From Vicugna vicugna (Eukaryota), in assembly GCA_013265495.1 (NCBI GenBank), contig MU058584.1, positions 2,022,616 through 2,060,665 of the forward strand: a stretch of 38,050 nucleotides of DNA. Reading direction: 5' to 3'. The notes beneath the pieces were generated by a model. The model was not told the origin of the DNA. It ran no database searches and saw only the letters and a list, made by a program, of their open reading frames with translations. Positions 1-11,114 of this stretch are shown piece after piece; position 1 is the stretch's first letter; each line of letters begins with the position of its first letter. A program made the position numbers and the translations under genes.

Positions 1-9
1 GCCAGTACG

Positions 10-85
10 CTAATAGTTGCTTGGCCTCAGGTAAGTCACATGAAATTTCCTGAGCTCATCTTCCTCGTCTATAAAAATAAAAGGC
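10..85 (+). mobile_element. MIR SINE core fragment
   Basis: ggcctcaggtaagtcacatgaaatttcctgagctcatcttcctcgtctataaaa resembles the MIR core (ccttgggcaagtcacttaacctctctgagcctcagtttcctcatctgtaaaa). Confidence 0.65.
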
Positions 86-104
86 TTAGCCATCCGTAGC
101 CAAT

Positions 105-341
105 CAGGGATTTCAAACGCTTTTTAAAGCCAGGAAGCTTTCTTCAAACAGACTCGTACACAGACACCGCCTTTATAAAATTGGTGAAGTGGGAGTCAGT
201 TCTCCGGCAAAGAACGTAGAATGGAGAGTGATGTTGTGCGTCTCACTGGCTGCTTCACCGACACCCCAGCGGCTTCCCCGGCGCTGCCGCCAGGGGACCC
301 CTGGGTTCCTCGGAGCACACCTCTCTGAGCAAAGCCCGCTA
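105..341. mobile_element. Non-autonomous hAT-Charlie-like DNA transposon (family not assigned)
   Basis: Starts cagggatttcaaac (hAT-type terminus) and ends ggggacccctgggttcctcggagcacac..., resembling Charlie/MER right ends. The right terminal repeat is degenerate. Confidence 0.5.
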
Positions 342-1049
342 GACCGGACAAAACAGAAAGCCAGTTTTGATATTCCTCATTTCTACAAAAACAGTGAAGC
401 TTAGAAATAATGACATACAAACATTTACGGACACACTTCACTTTATAGAATAGAAGCTGTGGCGAGTTATTTCTAAAATAAATCCCATTTTTCCCATTGA
501 GTAGCATTACATTTCAGAATTGTTTCGTCTTCAACTCCCATCTTCCTTTGGTAGCAGCATCTATTATTTCTGATTTTGCTGCCGTGTCCCTCCTTTTCTC
601 CCTGTAAGCATCATTGCTCAACACCCACTCAGTGCCACGCAATGTGCCCCAAGCTTTAATATCTTGTAAGTTTCTCTCCAGTTGTTCATTTGATCTTAAA
701 GGGAAAATTATACTTGATTTTAGTTGTAGAGAAAAACTGCTCGATGGAATGAACGCTGGGTCCCATCTTTTAATAAAGTAAAGAAAAGAATTTAATCTTT
801 GCAGAAGAACAGTAAGATTCTCTCCTGAAGTGTCTGTTTATTCAATGCGAATGAACAGAGCATCCTGTCTGTGCTTGGCAATAGTTTTTGGCATGAGGAG
901 TGAGTTTTAGGAATATCCACAGTGCCATCCTCACCACTTCTGCCCTGCCTTTTTTGATGGGATAAAAATCACTCCTTTGAGTTGGTTTAGTTATTTCTTC
1001 CTGGATTAAACAAGAAACTTCCAGGCCCTGAAACAGCTGATGCAGAAGT

Positions 1050-2040
1050 CAATAAAACATAGTCCCTGACTTCAAGGCACTCCCAATCCATGAGTCAGAC
1101 ACATAAGTATCTAATTATTGTGAAGCATCATGAATACAATAATAGTTCTGGGAACAAAGCTACTAGGGAAACAGAAGAGGCAGAAATTCATTTTGTGTTA
1201 GAGAGAAAAAGTAGGACCCAGAGAAGTTTCATGGAGGAATAATATTTGAGTCTAGAAAAATGGGTAGTACTTCACCAGCAAGCTCTTGGCAAGGGGAATA
1301 GTCCTTTCAGAGGCACAGAGGCTCAAAGGAGCAGGGCATGACTATTGATTAAGACCTGGGGTCAAAGCATGCGGTACAAGGTGTGTAGCCGAGGAAAAAC
1401 TGCTATGGGTGGATAGGGAAAATATATCTTACCTTAGCCTATTCTACACCCAAGAAAGAAGATTTTTAATCAAGAAAATGGCATAATCAGATCTGTATTT
1501 TCAATAGTCCTGATATGAGACATTTCAGAGACACATTGTATAGATTCTAGTGATATATTGGAACCATGAAAAGGAGAAAGTGGTCAGAGAAAATGCTAGT
1601 TTGCTAGCTTGGGTGACTGAGTAGATGGTGGCACCATCAGAGATGAAGGAATCTGGAAGGGAGAAGCAATTTGTATATGAAAGCATGGGGAGTGAAGTGG
1701 AGAGAACCCAAGAAAAATCATGAGTTTGCCTTTTAATATATCTTCAGAAATGCCTATTTTATATATATATAATATTTATGCCATAATATATATTATATAT
1801 ATACAACATGAAAAATGTGCTCAGATTGAAATGTGCAGAAGTCCCTGCTCATACTCATTGGATATGTTTTAAGAGAGTCAAGCAATGCTCAAAGGAAGTG
1901 AGATCTAGACTTAGTGGGAAGGAGTCAACCTCAGGTACTAGTTATAGAGCTGGTCGCCATATAAACCATATGGGATTTCAGACCTTGCAAACAGGATGGA
2001 AGTGCATGAAAGAAATTAAGCTAGAGGACTCAGGCGCCTT
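1050..2040 (-). mobile_element. LINE-2 3' region, fragmented
   Basis: Purine-rich antisense-L2 phrases (aacatagtccctgacttcaagg, gcttgggtgactgagtagatggtggcacca, gagatctagac...ggagtcaacc). Interrupted by an AT-rich tract. Confidence 0.65.
1755..1803. repeat. (TA)n-rich low-complexity quasi-palindrome
   Basis: atatatatataatatttatgccataatatatattatatatata seen directly. Confidence 0.85.
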
Positions 2041-3821
2041 AAAATCCCTCTGCATCTCTGCATAAGGGCATAATTACGCAGGGATGCTGGGGCTGCAGAT
2101 GGAAAGTCCGGTAGAGTTAACCTGGGAGAGAGGGGAAGGAGCGGGGCCATGGCAGGGACTGGTAGATAGAACGAGAAACCACACCTATTTTATAGGATAG
2201 TCTTGAGAATCCAATTGGATAGGAAAATTAAGGAGCTTGGCATCTCCACATAAGCACAACTTAATCTTAGCCTTTTACATAGGTACCTGTAGACCTCAAA
2301 AAAGACAAACTACAACTATTATCATGTCATTTGCATCAAGTGAGCTTTTGCAGTTCCTGCTACGTGGAAATTCATCCTGTATAGTTCCACAAAGTGGTTC
2401 ATTACATCACAAATTCATCCCAGGAAGCAACATCCTGATATGCAACCAATGGAGTCCCGAGTGGCCATCCTGTTCGTATCCGCCATCTTATTCTTGGTGG
2501 TCCCAACACCCCCTTTCTTGTAGGCTGTAATACTTGGCATTCTGCCACACAGAGTTTTTTTTCACAATGGTTGTTCAAAAAGCAAATAATGACTTATCTC
2601 CAAAAATAACATAGTGGAGAAAGAAGGTAGTACTGACTGTCCTCAGCAATCCTTTCAGTTACCCTCTTCTGCTCCCTGCTGTTTCTTCCTTCATCTTCTT
2701 TCAACAAAGATCTTCCGAGGCGAAGTTGATAAGGTGGATGTGAAACGTCTCACATTCCAATAACATAAGGGGCATTAAATGTGACTTTCTTGATGTCACA
2801 GAGGCTCAACTCTGTTCTGTAAATTCTGCCTAGTTAAAGCCAGGCTTCTTCATTAACTTTTCAAGATTTCTGACAACATGGCTGCTTCTTAAGTTTCAGC
2901 ACCCAAATGGATAATGTTCAGCTATCAAAATGTATTCATTCAAAAGAACTCATTATCCGAGTATGACACACCCACTTAACATAACTGTAGATTTAGAGAC
3001 AATATGTTTATCCGTACGATCTCTCGTTTTATGAGCGCTGGAGAAAATACGGTTCCTGTGACACACGTGCTTTGCAGAGAAGTTTGCAAGAATGTACCTT
3101 TCATACTAAGAAATACCTCCCTTGTATTCCCAGGGATTAGTTCCCTCTCACTGCATAATTTACTACAAAATTAAATACTTGTTTTTAATATTTACTTAAT
3201 TTAACAGATCATTTTTAATTAGAATATTTTCTTTTAAAATATCTAAATATCACTACATTATGCCAAAATTCTGCTGTGTTTAAACTACTAACAAAACATG
3301 CAAGAGGTTCCTTAAGCTTTGATTTTTTGCAGGAAAAAGGACAGGTGCTGAAAAAGTAAAAACAGCGCTCTAAATGCAATTTAGGTAAAACAAACAGAAA
3401 AGCAAAAACCCAATGATTTAAGAACAAGGAATTCATACAAATAGAAAGTATTTTATCCTGGATAGATGTTTTGGCAGACTAAAAAAAAAAAAGTCCAGCC
3501 AGTGAGCACTGCATATATAGGTATAGAAACGTACAGATAACAATGCAGATATTCATATATGGGTGGATGGACGTGTGAATGGCAGCACACATACACCTAT
3601 ATTCACACACACATACAAACATATATAAGGACAAGGACTCAAGTGTTTCAAGATGCTTTTCCCAGTGACTTACCGGCCCAAGATATTGCTAATGCAATTA
3701 TGCAAGTAGAAAGAGTGATAGAAAAATGTATTTTATCCTGAAACATATCATAATATTAGACAACAGCATGATACAAAAAAAAAAAAAAAGTCAACGTTTT
3801 CCTCCCTTTGCAGAATGAGGT

Positions 3822-3859
3822 NNNNNNNNNNNNNNNNNNNNNNNNNNNNNNNNNNNNNN
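3822..3859. other. Assembly gap (38 N) with duplicated flanks
   Basis: N run; 3731-3821 is repeated almost exactly at 3862-3948. Confidence 0.97.
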
Positions 3860-4834
3860 TGTTTTATCCTGAAACATATAATATTAGACAACAGCATGAT
3901 ACAAAAAAAAAAAAAAGTCAACGTTTTCCTCCCTTTGCAGAATGAGGTCTCACCAAAGACATATGGGCATGTTATCTATTACTGTTCTCCCCTTTTATAG
4001 AGGGAAACAGATGTACAGAAACCATAAGACATCTTAAAGACTGTATCAGTCTCCAGCTGTCTTATCCAATACTCTGCCTAATAACTGGAAGAATGGATGC
4101 TTGGAACTACTTTCTTCCCTCCCTCTCCTTTTTTTTTTTTTTAATCCCTCTCTCTCGCTCTCTACGATTGAAGAGAGCAAGCAATGACTTAGTTTTCTAA
4201 TATTTTAACTTGAATCATCTGCTAAAATGATGTTACGGTTCATGGAATTGCCAAGCTAATTGGATTTTGACTCCACTTAAATTACTTTTAGGAGACCAAT
4301 CTCTTGGTCAAAGAGGAAGCAAGTTGAGTGGGCTCCAGAACGACAACTCAGATATTTAAATGACATCACAACACAGAATCATCAGATTATTCAAAGACAA
4401 CATATTGATAGTTATTCTTTAAATTATTGATTATGGGTTCATTGGCCCTATGGGGAAATACAGCAGATATACTGATGAAATGCACCTAAAAGTCACCAGG
4501 TGAGTAAAGCAGTAAGAAGACAAAGGCTGTGTCTACGTCTATGAGATAAAAAATTACCAAATCCCAAAATGACAAATTTTAGCTAGCTACCTTCACAAAG
4601 AAATTGAGTGCCAGGTCTATTTCATTTTTCTAATACACAGAAAATGGTCTTTCTAAAAATAAAAAACTGACCTACAAGCAGTTTAATTTCCATATACATC
4701 AACCACCCTGACAGAAGGACCAGAATTTCTTATAAGCTTAGCATTTAAGAGAAATGGTGTGATGATGGTGTTTATGAGCATGAATAATACATTTTATGAA
4801 AGTAGATGATCAAAAGCTGATATTAAAGAACAGA

Positions 4835-5185
4835 TTATTATTTGAATTAGTCTTAAGAGAAAAGTAGTGTTTGGACATAGCATGAGAATAAAAATTAAGT
4901 GCAAGCATGGAGAGTTTAATTGGCGATATATAACATGTACTGAAGGACGAAATAACAAGGAAGCAGGAAGACTGGCTAGGGAGCCACATTAATGGTCCCA
5001 GACCTGATGGGAGCCACTATAATAGTCCAACAAGCAGTAACAAGAGCTTATAATAAGGTGGTAGAGTGGGAGAAAGAGATGTCAGCTATGAGAGAGGTTG
5101 TGGAGTTAAAATTGACATGAAGTGGGATGTAATTGAATTTAGAAGGTGAGAGAAAAGAAGGTATCAAAGATGATGACCAAGAATT
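4835..5185 (-). mobile_element. LINE-2 fragment
   Basis: gcaggaagactggctagggagcc...tagtcc...ggtatcaaagatgatgaccaag is typical antisense L2. Carries a short 30-bp-period duplication at 4979-5028. Confidence 0.6.
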
Positions 5186-5209
5186 TTAGAATTTGAGACA
5201 GGAGATCGT

Positions 5210-5376
5210 ATCTTATAGTGCTTTGAGCCTAGGAAAGCCCTCAGAGGTCATCTAGTACAATCTAGTATTACAAAAATGGAATTTAAGTTCCAGAGAGTTT
5301 AAACAACTAATGGAAGGTCACACAGCCATTAGTGACAGAGTTAAACTAGAATCTCAGACTTCTGACTTCCAATGTC
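5210..5376 (-). mobile_element. MIR (MIRc/MIR3-like) SINE
   Basis: ggaaagccctcagaggtcatctagtac...aaggtcacacagccattagtgacagag...ctagaatctcagacttctgacttcc. Confidence 0.7.
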
Positions 5377-5489
5377 CATATAACTTATCAAAGGCTGGGG
5401 ACATTACCAAGGGAAATAATCAGCCTAAGGGAGAGCACATTTAATAGCAAAAATAAAAATGAAGATGATAACAACAACAATAAAAAAGG

Positions 5490-5700
5490 ATTTCATTTAG
5501 TGCATGCTTACAATAAACCAAGCAGTGTGCCAGCTCTACATCCATAAGGTTATCTCTGTAACGTCTCCATGATACAAGTATTTTATCACCCCCATTCACA
5601 GATGAGAAAACTGAGACTTACAAAGGTTAAATAACTTTCCTAAAAATCATAGAGCTAATAAGGGGCAGGATCTGACTCCAGAGTATGCATTCTAGTCCAC
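5490..5700 (-). mobile_element. MIR SINE
   Basis: cccattcacagatgagaaaactgagact..aaaggttaaataactttcc is the antisense MIR core. Confidence 0.8.
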
Positions 5701-5709
5701 TTTGTGTCT

Positions 5710-5960
5710 TATGACTTTGAAGGACCACTAAGGCATCCAAGAAGAATATCCAGAGATATTTGTTATAAAGTTTGGTACCATGTTTGGGGTGGAAGTCAAG
5801 ACTGAAGACTCAGATAAAAGCCAATGATGAAGCCATGGGAACATGAGACTACAAAGTAAAGAATGCAAAAAGAGAAGGAAAAGGAACGTAGCTGACAGCA
5901 TATGCTTAAAATGGGGTTGCATTACAGAGCATGAGGAGAAAGGAGGCTCAGAGGAAAAAG
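5710..5960 (-). mobile_element. LINE-2 fragment (continuation of 4835-5185)
   Basis: gactttgaagg...catccaag...gaagccatgggaacatgaga..., antisense-L2-like. Confidence 0.45.
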
Positions 5961-6319
5961 AGTCATAAAAATGGAAGAAGCAGCAGTGAGTAGAGTGATA
6001 GATACTTGCGTAAGTTTGGTTTAGGTTTTGGTTTCATTTTTCTTATTGAAGACCTCCAAGCAGACCTGAGGATAAGCAAATAAGTTTGTCCTGACACAAA
6101 AACACTTTCAGCTCAAGATGGCTTATTTGTCTAGAATTTGCACCTCTGCCATTTTCCATGCTTGCTAAAGTCTCATATTTCAGTTTCTCGCCTAATCCTT
6201 GATTCTAATTTTTCTCCATCCTTTAGGGTCAGTTCTGCCTTATCTTGCATTGTCTCTCTAGCTACAACTCATGAGATGCATCAGCTCAGAATGATCCATC
6301 AAGTCTTGATCATTGATGT

Positions 6320-6735
6320 CACCAGTCAAGGATTATTTAATTTCAAGAAACAGTAACAATTTGAAGCAAGCTTAAGTAGAGGGAACATCCTTTCATTAAG
6401 AGGAGTCCCATTACTCAAAAGTAGTCAGGCCACAAAAATGGACATGACACAAAGGCCCTCCTGCTCTCTCTCTTCTCATGGTTCAGTTTCTTCTCTATGT
6501 TGTGAACCTGCTTCATACTTTCTCTACTATTGCTGGGTTATCAGACCCTCTGTCTATAAAGAGCCATCAAAGCACCCCCACTTTTTATGTTTGTGCAATT
6601 TTTGGGACCACAGTGAACAAACACACCATTCATGTCTCTTACTTCAAATTCTCTCATTAGAGAATGTGATGGATTCAAATTGGCTTAACTGTTTACTCCA
6701 GTCCTCAGCTGTGACCAATGATGGTCAGTTTTAAA
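6320..6735 (-). mobile_element. Old MaLR LTR (late MLT1-like), heavily decayed
   Basis: agtaaca...agcttaagtagagggaa and agagaatgtgatggattc...cagctgtgacc resemble antisense late MLT1 LTRs. Confidence 0.4.
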
Positions 6736-6899
6736 AGTTAAGAAGTAGTCATCTAGGTCCACACTTCCTAAAGGACTGGTAAGAAATTTCAAAGGAAAAA
6801 GCATGATGATGGCCCTAGACCATACGTATCCTCCCCTGTTCCTCTGACCTACTGAACAAGCATCCTGCTTGCTGCTTACAACTCAGAGTTGAGAAGGAG

Positions 6900-7050
6900 A
6901 GAAGTTAGGATTTGATGAAATAATCAGGGAGAGCCTCACAGAGGAGATAAGATGTGAACTTGTGTGTTTAAGCTAAGAGAAATTTGTAGAGACAAAGATC
7001 TTTAAAAAGAGAAAGACAACACAAGAAAAGACGTAGAGATGAGAATGAGC
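6900..7050 (-). mobile_element. LINE-2 fragment
   Basis: aatcagggagagcctcacagaggagataagatgtgaact, antisense L2 3' region. Confidence 0.45.
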
Positions 7051-7119
7051 ATCTTCTGACGGGACCAAGCTACTAAAAGAAAAGGGAATTTTGCACAAAA
7101 TTAGACATTTCATGTATTG

Positions 7120-8791
7120 GCAACCTCCCTCTCTCTACTGGATTCTTGACATCAGCATTTAACCTGCTCAAATTTCTCTTATTTAAAACACAGAAGCAAA
7201 AACAAAACACCCTCAGTCAACTTCCTATCACAGCCCTTGAGCTAATGGCTACAGACTCTTTGCTGCCCTTTCTATCCAAACATCTCAAAAGAGTCTTCTA
7301 TGTTCATTGTCTCCACCTTCTCAAATGTGTTTTCAAACCACTCAGGTCTGACTTCTGTCTTCACCAAACTAGGAAATGTGCTCTGTTAAGGGTCACTAAT
7401 GGTTTCTGTCCCTAAATCTAATGGAAATTTTTCAGCCCTCATCTTCCTTGACCTCTCAGTAGCATTTAACTCTGTGTACCAAGTCATCTTTCCCAAGCGT
7501 TTTTTTTTTTTTTTCCTGGCTCCTGGGACTGTGTGCCCCCTGGGAACTGCTCTTCCTCCTTGGCTTCCCTCTAAGGGACTCTGAGATGGGGGGTTTCTCA
7601 AGTCTCAGTACTCAGTCATTTCCTGTTCCCACTCAGTATGCACTCACATTGGTCTCATCCGTATAGTTCTCATTTATACACTGATGATTCCAGACTCCAG
7701 CCTGAACCACCCCCTTAAGCCCAGGACTTATATATGCAACGACTTCTTGACATTTCCCCCATTGTAGGCATCTCTTCACAACTCCATGTTTGGTGTCACG
7801 GTGTTGGTAGGCTGAAATCCACCATGATGAGAGTATTTACACTATGGAAGTTGGCAAATGCCACAAATTCATTTCTTTTCTTCTTTTTGGAGAGCCAGTT
7901 GTTAATCTTTTACAAAACACCACTGCTAACGCTTCATAAATTTAATAGTTCAGAACTGAAGACATGCTGCCCCCACTTCACCCAACTGGGTTCCTTGCAG
8001 TGAACCCTGTCTTTGCCATACCACCACTAGAAGTCCAGTTCATAATTAGGCTTACGATCTCATTCTTCCATACTTTTATCACCAATACCTTTTCAGTTTC
8101 ACCACCAAATGGTTCCCAGTTCTATCAGTTTCTATCCTTGTCCACCTGGCCATCACCACTTTTCTAAATTCCCTCAAATTAATAGTCTACTAAATATTTT
8201 CCCTATATCAAAACTTTCTCTCCTTCACAAGGTAGCTGCTGTTTTTAAACATAGTTCTAATCATGTCACTCTCTTTCATGACTTCCCCTTGTTCTTGGAT
8301 AAAAGTGAAACTTACCATGGCCGCGAGTCCTTATCTGGCTTGGCTTTGCCTTCCCCTCCCCATCTGATACCCATCTCCCCCCTTCCCTCTGCACCCTAGC
8401 AGCACTCACGGTCTGTGTTCCTGCCATGCTCAGGGCCCGCACACATGCTATTCGATCAGCCTGGAATAGTCTTTGATCTCTTCCCGTTCATCTAATAAAC
8501 TCCTATTCATCCTTCAAGTCTCACCTAGATAATACTTCCTCAAGGAACCATCAGATTAGGTTTCACATCTTCATTACATACTCAAGGAGCAACCCATATT
8601 TCCCCTGCTCTTTTCACAATTATAATTAAACACATGAATATAGAGGTATTTGTTCAACATTTGCCTTTCACACCAGAAGCTCCCCATGAAAGCAGAACAC
8701 TGGGTCTGGCTTACTCAACACTGTATTCTCAGTAGCAAGTACAATAACTTACACACAAAGTAGGTGCTCCATAAACATTTAATGAATGAAT
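7120..8791 (+). mobile_element. LINE-2 element, RT region through 3' tail
   Basis: Decayed RT motifs: ALLRVTN, SALIFLDLSVAFNSV (LDLSAAFD-type), GVSQVSVLSHFLF at 7590 (GVPQGSVLGPLLF-type), HLYTDDS at 7671-7691 (YADD-type). Ends gtaggtgctccataaacatttaatgaatgaa, the L2 tail. Confidence 0.9.
7760..7925 (+). mobile_element. MER63-like hAT-Blackjack DNA transposon inside L2
   Basis: gcatctcttcacaactcc...gttggtaggctgaaatc...gagtatttacac...ggagagccagttgttaa...caccactg matches MER63 as recalled. The 5' end is missing. Confidence 0.75.
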
Positions 8792-9164
8792 AATTTTTCA
8801 GTGAATAAAGACCATCTTATTACTCTTCTGCTCATTTATAGAGAATACCCCATCAAGTTTCCTAGGCCAGTTTTTGAGGGGAAGCTAGACGACAGAGATA
8901 GTTTTAGTGTAAATATTTCCTACATCTAAAATCAAACCAGAATGAAAATTATCAGAAATATAGCCAGTTCAACCAGAGGACCCAGAAGAACAGGATGAAG
9001 TGGATTATTCAATTCATGGTTGATTTGACGAACCTAAGTGACAGAAATCCTACTGAAGTCCTGGGCCTAAAACATAGTAAGAGAAGTTAATGATGATCCC
9101 AAACCACCCGTATCACATTCAAATAATGGGAAATATTCCTGATTATTTCTTACAAGACTCCTCA

Positions 9165-9320
9165 GAAAGAACTCAGAATGGAATGTCAAAGGGCAATTCT
9201 AGAAAAGATCTTCTATCTTTAACTCCAGGGTATACTCTATAACCACACTTATAGGATCATTCTGCAAACATAAAACCCAGAGAGGGTCTGGAAGGACTTA
9301 ACAAGGTAACGCAAAGGTCT
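9165..9320 (-). mobile_element. MIR-like fragment
   Basis: cattctgcaaacataaaacccagagaggg...aaggtaacgca, weak antisense MIR core similarity. Confidence 0.35.
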
Positions 9321-9569
9321 GAGCTGTCTCAACACCTGTGGACAGGGGCAACCCCCCTCCCTGACTGTTGATATTTCTCTCCAGAATTTGTTAGAATCCA
9401 ATGGACCACAACATTGTCAGTCATTTTGAACGTATGAAAGAAAGAATACAAACACTAATATTAACAACAAATATAACAATTTCTGTTCTTCATAATCAAT
9501 AGACAGGAAACATTCTAAGTATTTTTATATCCAACCACACAGATCCAAGCTCAACAGCCCTAGTGGCAT

Positions 9570-9735
9570 ATACTACTATTATGTTAATTTTACAGATGCG
9601 TTAACATACACAGAGAGGTTCAGTCATTAACTCAAAGTCACTCGGGTTTTCCCAAGTTTGCACAAACCCAGGTGGAGGTACAATTTGAACCCAAGCTCGC
9701 TAGCTGCCAAGCCCACATTTTTGGCCAGTACACTA
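9570..9735 (-). mobile_element. MIR SINE
   Basis: attttacagatg...cagagaggtt...ctcaaagtcac...atttgaacccaag. Confidence 0.6.
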
Positions 9736-10867
9736 TGGGATCTTATCTCTGTTACTGGAGTTTGGGTTTGGTGGAAGCTCTCCAGGATCAAACAGAGGTC
9801 TACTTGTTCGGCCCGTACATTTACATACATGAGGAAGAAGGCGATGATCTCGCAAACCTACCATTTTTGTGTTACCACCTGTCACCAAGGGATCTGCATA
9901 GCCTGACTGGTTGAATCCTATCATTGCCAGAGTCTTTCTTTGCTCTTTCCCCGGGCTCCATTCCCCACTACCCTGATATTAGGGTCTCCTGCTAAAGTGG
10001 ATGGAAAACAAACACTCAGACACATGGAAGAATATGGATCTGCCATCCACTGGAGGCAAAGACAAAAATGGCCGGGCAATGGGGGAAATGGATGCCGTGG
10101 GCAGCCTTTCAGGATGTCCTCTCCTGACACCTCATGGCCATCAAAGGCAAGTGTACCCACGGGGTTTGCACCTCTTCCTTTCCTCAGTTGAATCATTTCA
10201 GGAGTGAACTGTGTGTATTGTTAAAATACCCACTGAGGGGTGAAAAAATGGCACAATCTTCCAGGAGTTTGAAAGGTCTCTGCTTTCCTCATGCATTTTC
10301 ACGTCGAGCTGGCTGTCTGCGGAGCAGCCTCTTTCTCAGGCCACACTATTTATGTGTTTTTGAAGAATACGATGTGTGTTCTGCTTTGTTGTTTTGCTAA
10401 ACATTTAAAAGCATGCAGGAGAGTCTTTTCAAAATGCAACTGCAGTTGAAATGCCTGGAGAAAAGAAGTGTTAGAAATGGCTAGCATAGACGTGCTTCAA
10501 AGCTTTGAGCACCATGTTCAGTCTGAGGGAGGATCAGAAGAGCTACCGGAGTTAACGAAAGTGCCGATCACCGGAGCAGCAAAATATAAAAAGCAGATAT
10601 CCACACCAGTCGTTAAGTACAATAGTTGCTGACTCTTTTTTCAAATGCATGTTTGATAATAGCGAATGAAGCCGGCTAAGGTGGATGTTACAGTTCTGAG
10701 TTTGTTGGAAACACACATCTGTGTGCATAGGTGCCTCATCTGGTGTAAACATGGTCTAAACACATCAGAAGACCTGCTAAATAACCTCAGAATCACATCC
10801 ATAAGACAGTCCCACATTTTAAGGCCTAATGGTACTCTTGCAGATAAATTTATATTAAGAAATATAC

Positions 10868-11114
10868 CGGGGGAAAGGGCCTGGGAAGGGATAAATTTGG
10901 GAGTTTGAAATTTGCAGATGATAATCTCTATATATAAAAAGAGATTTTAAAAAAACCAAATTTCTTCTGGATAGCACAGGGAACTATATTTAATATCTTA
11001 TAATAACCTTTAATGAAAAAGAATATGTAAATGAATATATGTATATATATGCATGATGCTGTACACCGGAAGTTGACACATTGTAACTGACTATACTTCA
11101 ATTAAAAAAAGAAA
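10868..11114 (+). mobile_element. 5'-truncated artiodactyl/camelid L1 3' UTR with A-tail
   Basis: gggaagggataaatttgggagtttga...tagcacagggaactatat...ttgtaactgactatacttcaattaaaaaaa; homologous to copies at 15090-15330 and 36440-37020. TSD aagaaatatac (10857-10867) / aagaaatgtat (11115-11125) at a TT|AAGA endonuclease site. Confidence 0.9.

Noticed and set aside
2405..2540. Protein-like minus-strand frame (CQVLQPTRKGVLGPPRIRWRIRTGW...)
   Set aside because: Short, no convincing acceptor, no recognised homolog.
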